A DNA stretch of 64,000 bases from Marsupella aquatica (lineage: Eukaryota; Plantae; Marchantiophyta), in assembly GCA_973895155.1 (NCBI GenBank), contig OZ316893.1:21684955-21748954 (forward strand), written 5' to 3'. Positions within the stretch are counted from its first letter, which is position 1. Each line of letters starts with the position of its first letter. This document shows, one piece after another, positions 63,744 through 64,000 of this stretch. The translations under genes were made by a program, and so were the position numbers. Under the pieces are notes generated by a model. That model made no database searches. It worked only from the letters and a program-made list of their open reading frames with translations, and was not told the DNA's origin.

Positions 63744-64000
63744 CTACTGGGCGCTAGCTTTCCATGATGAAAGAGGAGGACTCTCATTAAATCTCCAGGT
63801 AAATTCCATCCAGTCTTCTCCATACCGCGGACCCGCTATATCTTCGTGTGGCACGGCGTCTTCAATCTCCTTCAGTTCTTCTTTGCTCAATTGAATAGCT
63901 AGAGCGCCAACGTTTTCGTCCAGGTTCTTGGCCTTCGTTGTCCCTGGAATTGGAACAACATCCGGGCCTTGATGTTGGACCCATGCCAGAGCAATCTGCC
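63744..64000 (-). CDS. Aldo-keto reductase (auxin-induced PCNT115/ATB2-like family), 3' end only
   Basis: Minus frame from 63998: QIALAWVQHQGPDVVPIPGTTKAKNLDENVGALAIQLSKEELKEIEDAVPHEDIAGPRYGEDWMEFTWRFNESPPLSSWKASAQ*. Contains the NADP-binding PIPGTTK motif and the family PPLSSWK tail. TAG at 63744-63746; the gene continues beyond the window. Confidence 0.93.
   Translation of the reverse strand, partial: QIALAWVQHQGPDVVPIPGTTKAKNLDENVGALAIQLSKEELKEIEDAVPHEDIAGPRYGEDWMEFTWRFNESPPLSSWKASAQ

Overview
Land-plant nuclear DNA with spliceosomal introns; no prokaryotic features. A non-seed plant is plausible but the species cannot be determined from this window. Left to right: (1) a degenerate Ty1/copia LTR retrotransposon on the minus strand (1-6034, running off the left edge), apparently inserted into the LTR of an older relative; (2) repeat-rich intergenic DNA; (3) a complete 18-exon RETINOBLASTOMA-RELATED gene (16298-25733, +, 1084 aa by manual splicing); (4) about 29 kb without an intact gene, holding decayed repeats and a 2.27-kb element with ~550-bp terminal inverted repeats and an exact 8-bp TSD; (5) a two-exon class I LBD/LOB-domain gene (55054-56067, +); (6) the 3' end of an aldo-keto reductase gene (63744-64000, -). 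I found no new multi-gene system. The most notable observations are: a 148-bp duplication of the RBR start region that creates an upstream ORF copying RBR's own N-terminus, plus a TAATG stop/start overlap; an atypical CX2CX6CX4C LOB zinc finger; the long-TIR element with unexplained cargo; and GTAC-dense non-coding islands, one containing a bulged near-complement of miR408. All of this was read by eye with no database searches, so repeat boundaries are approximate.
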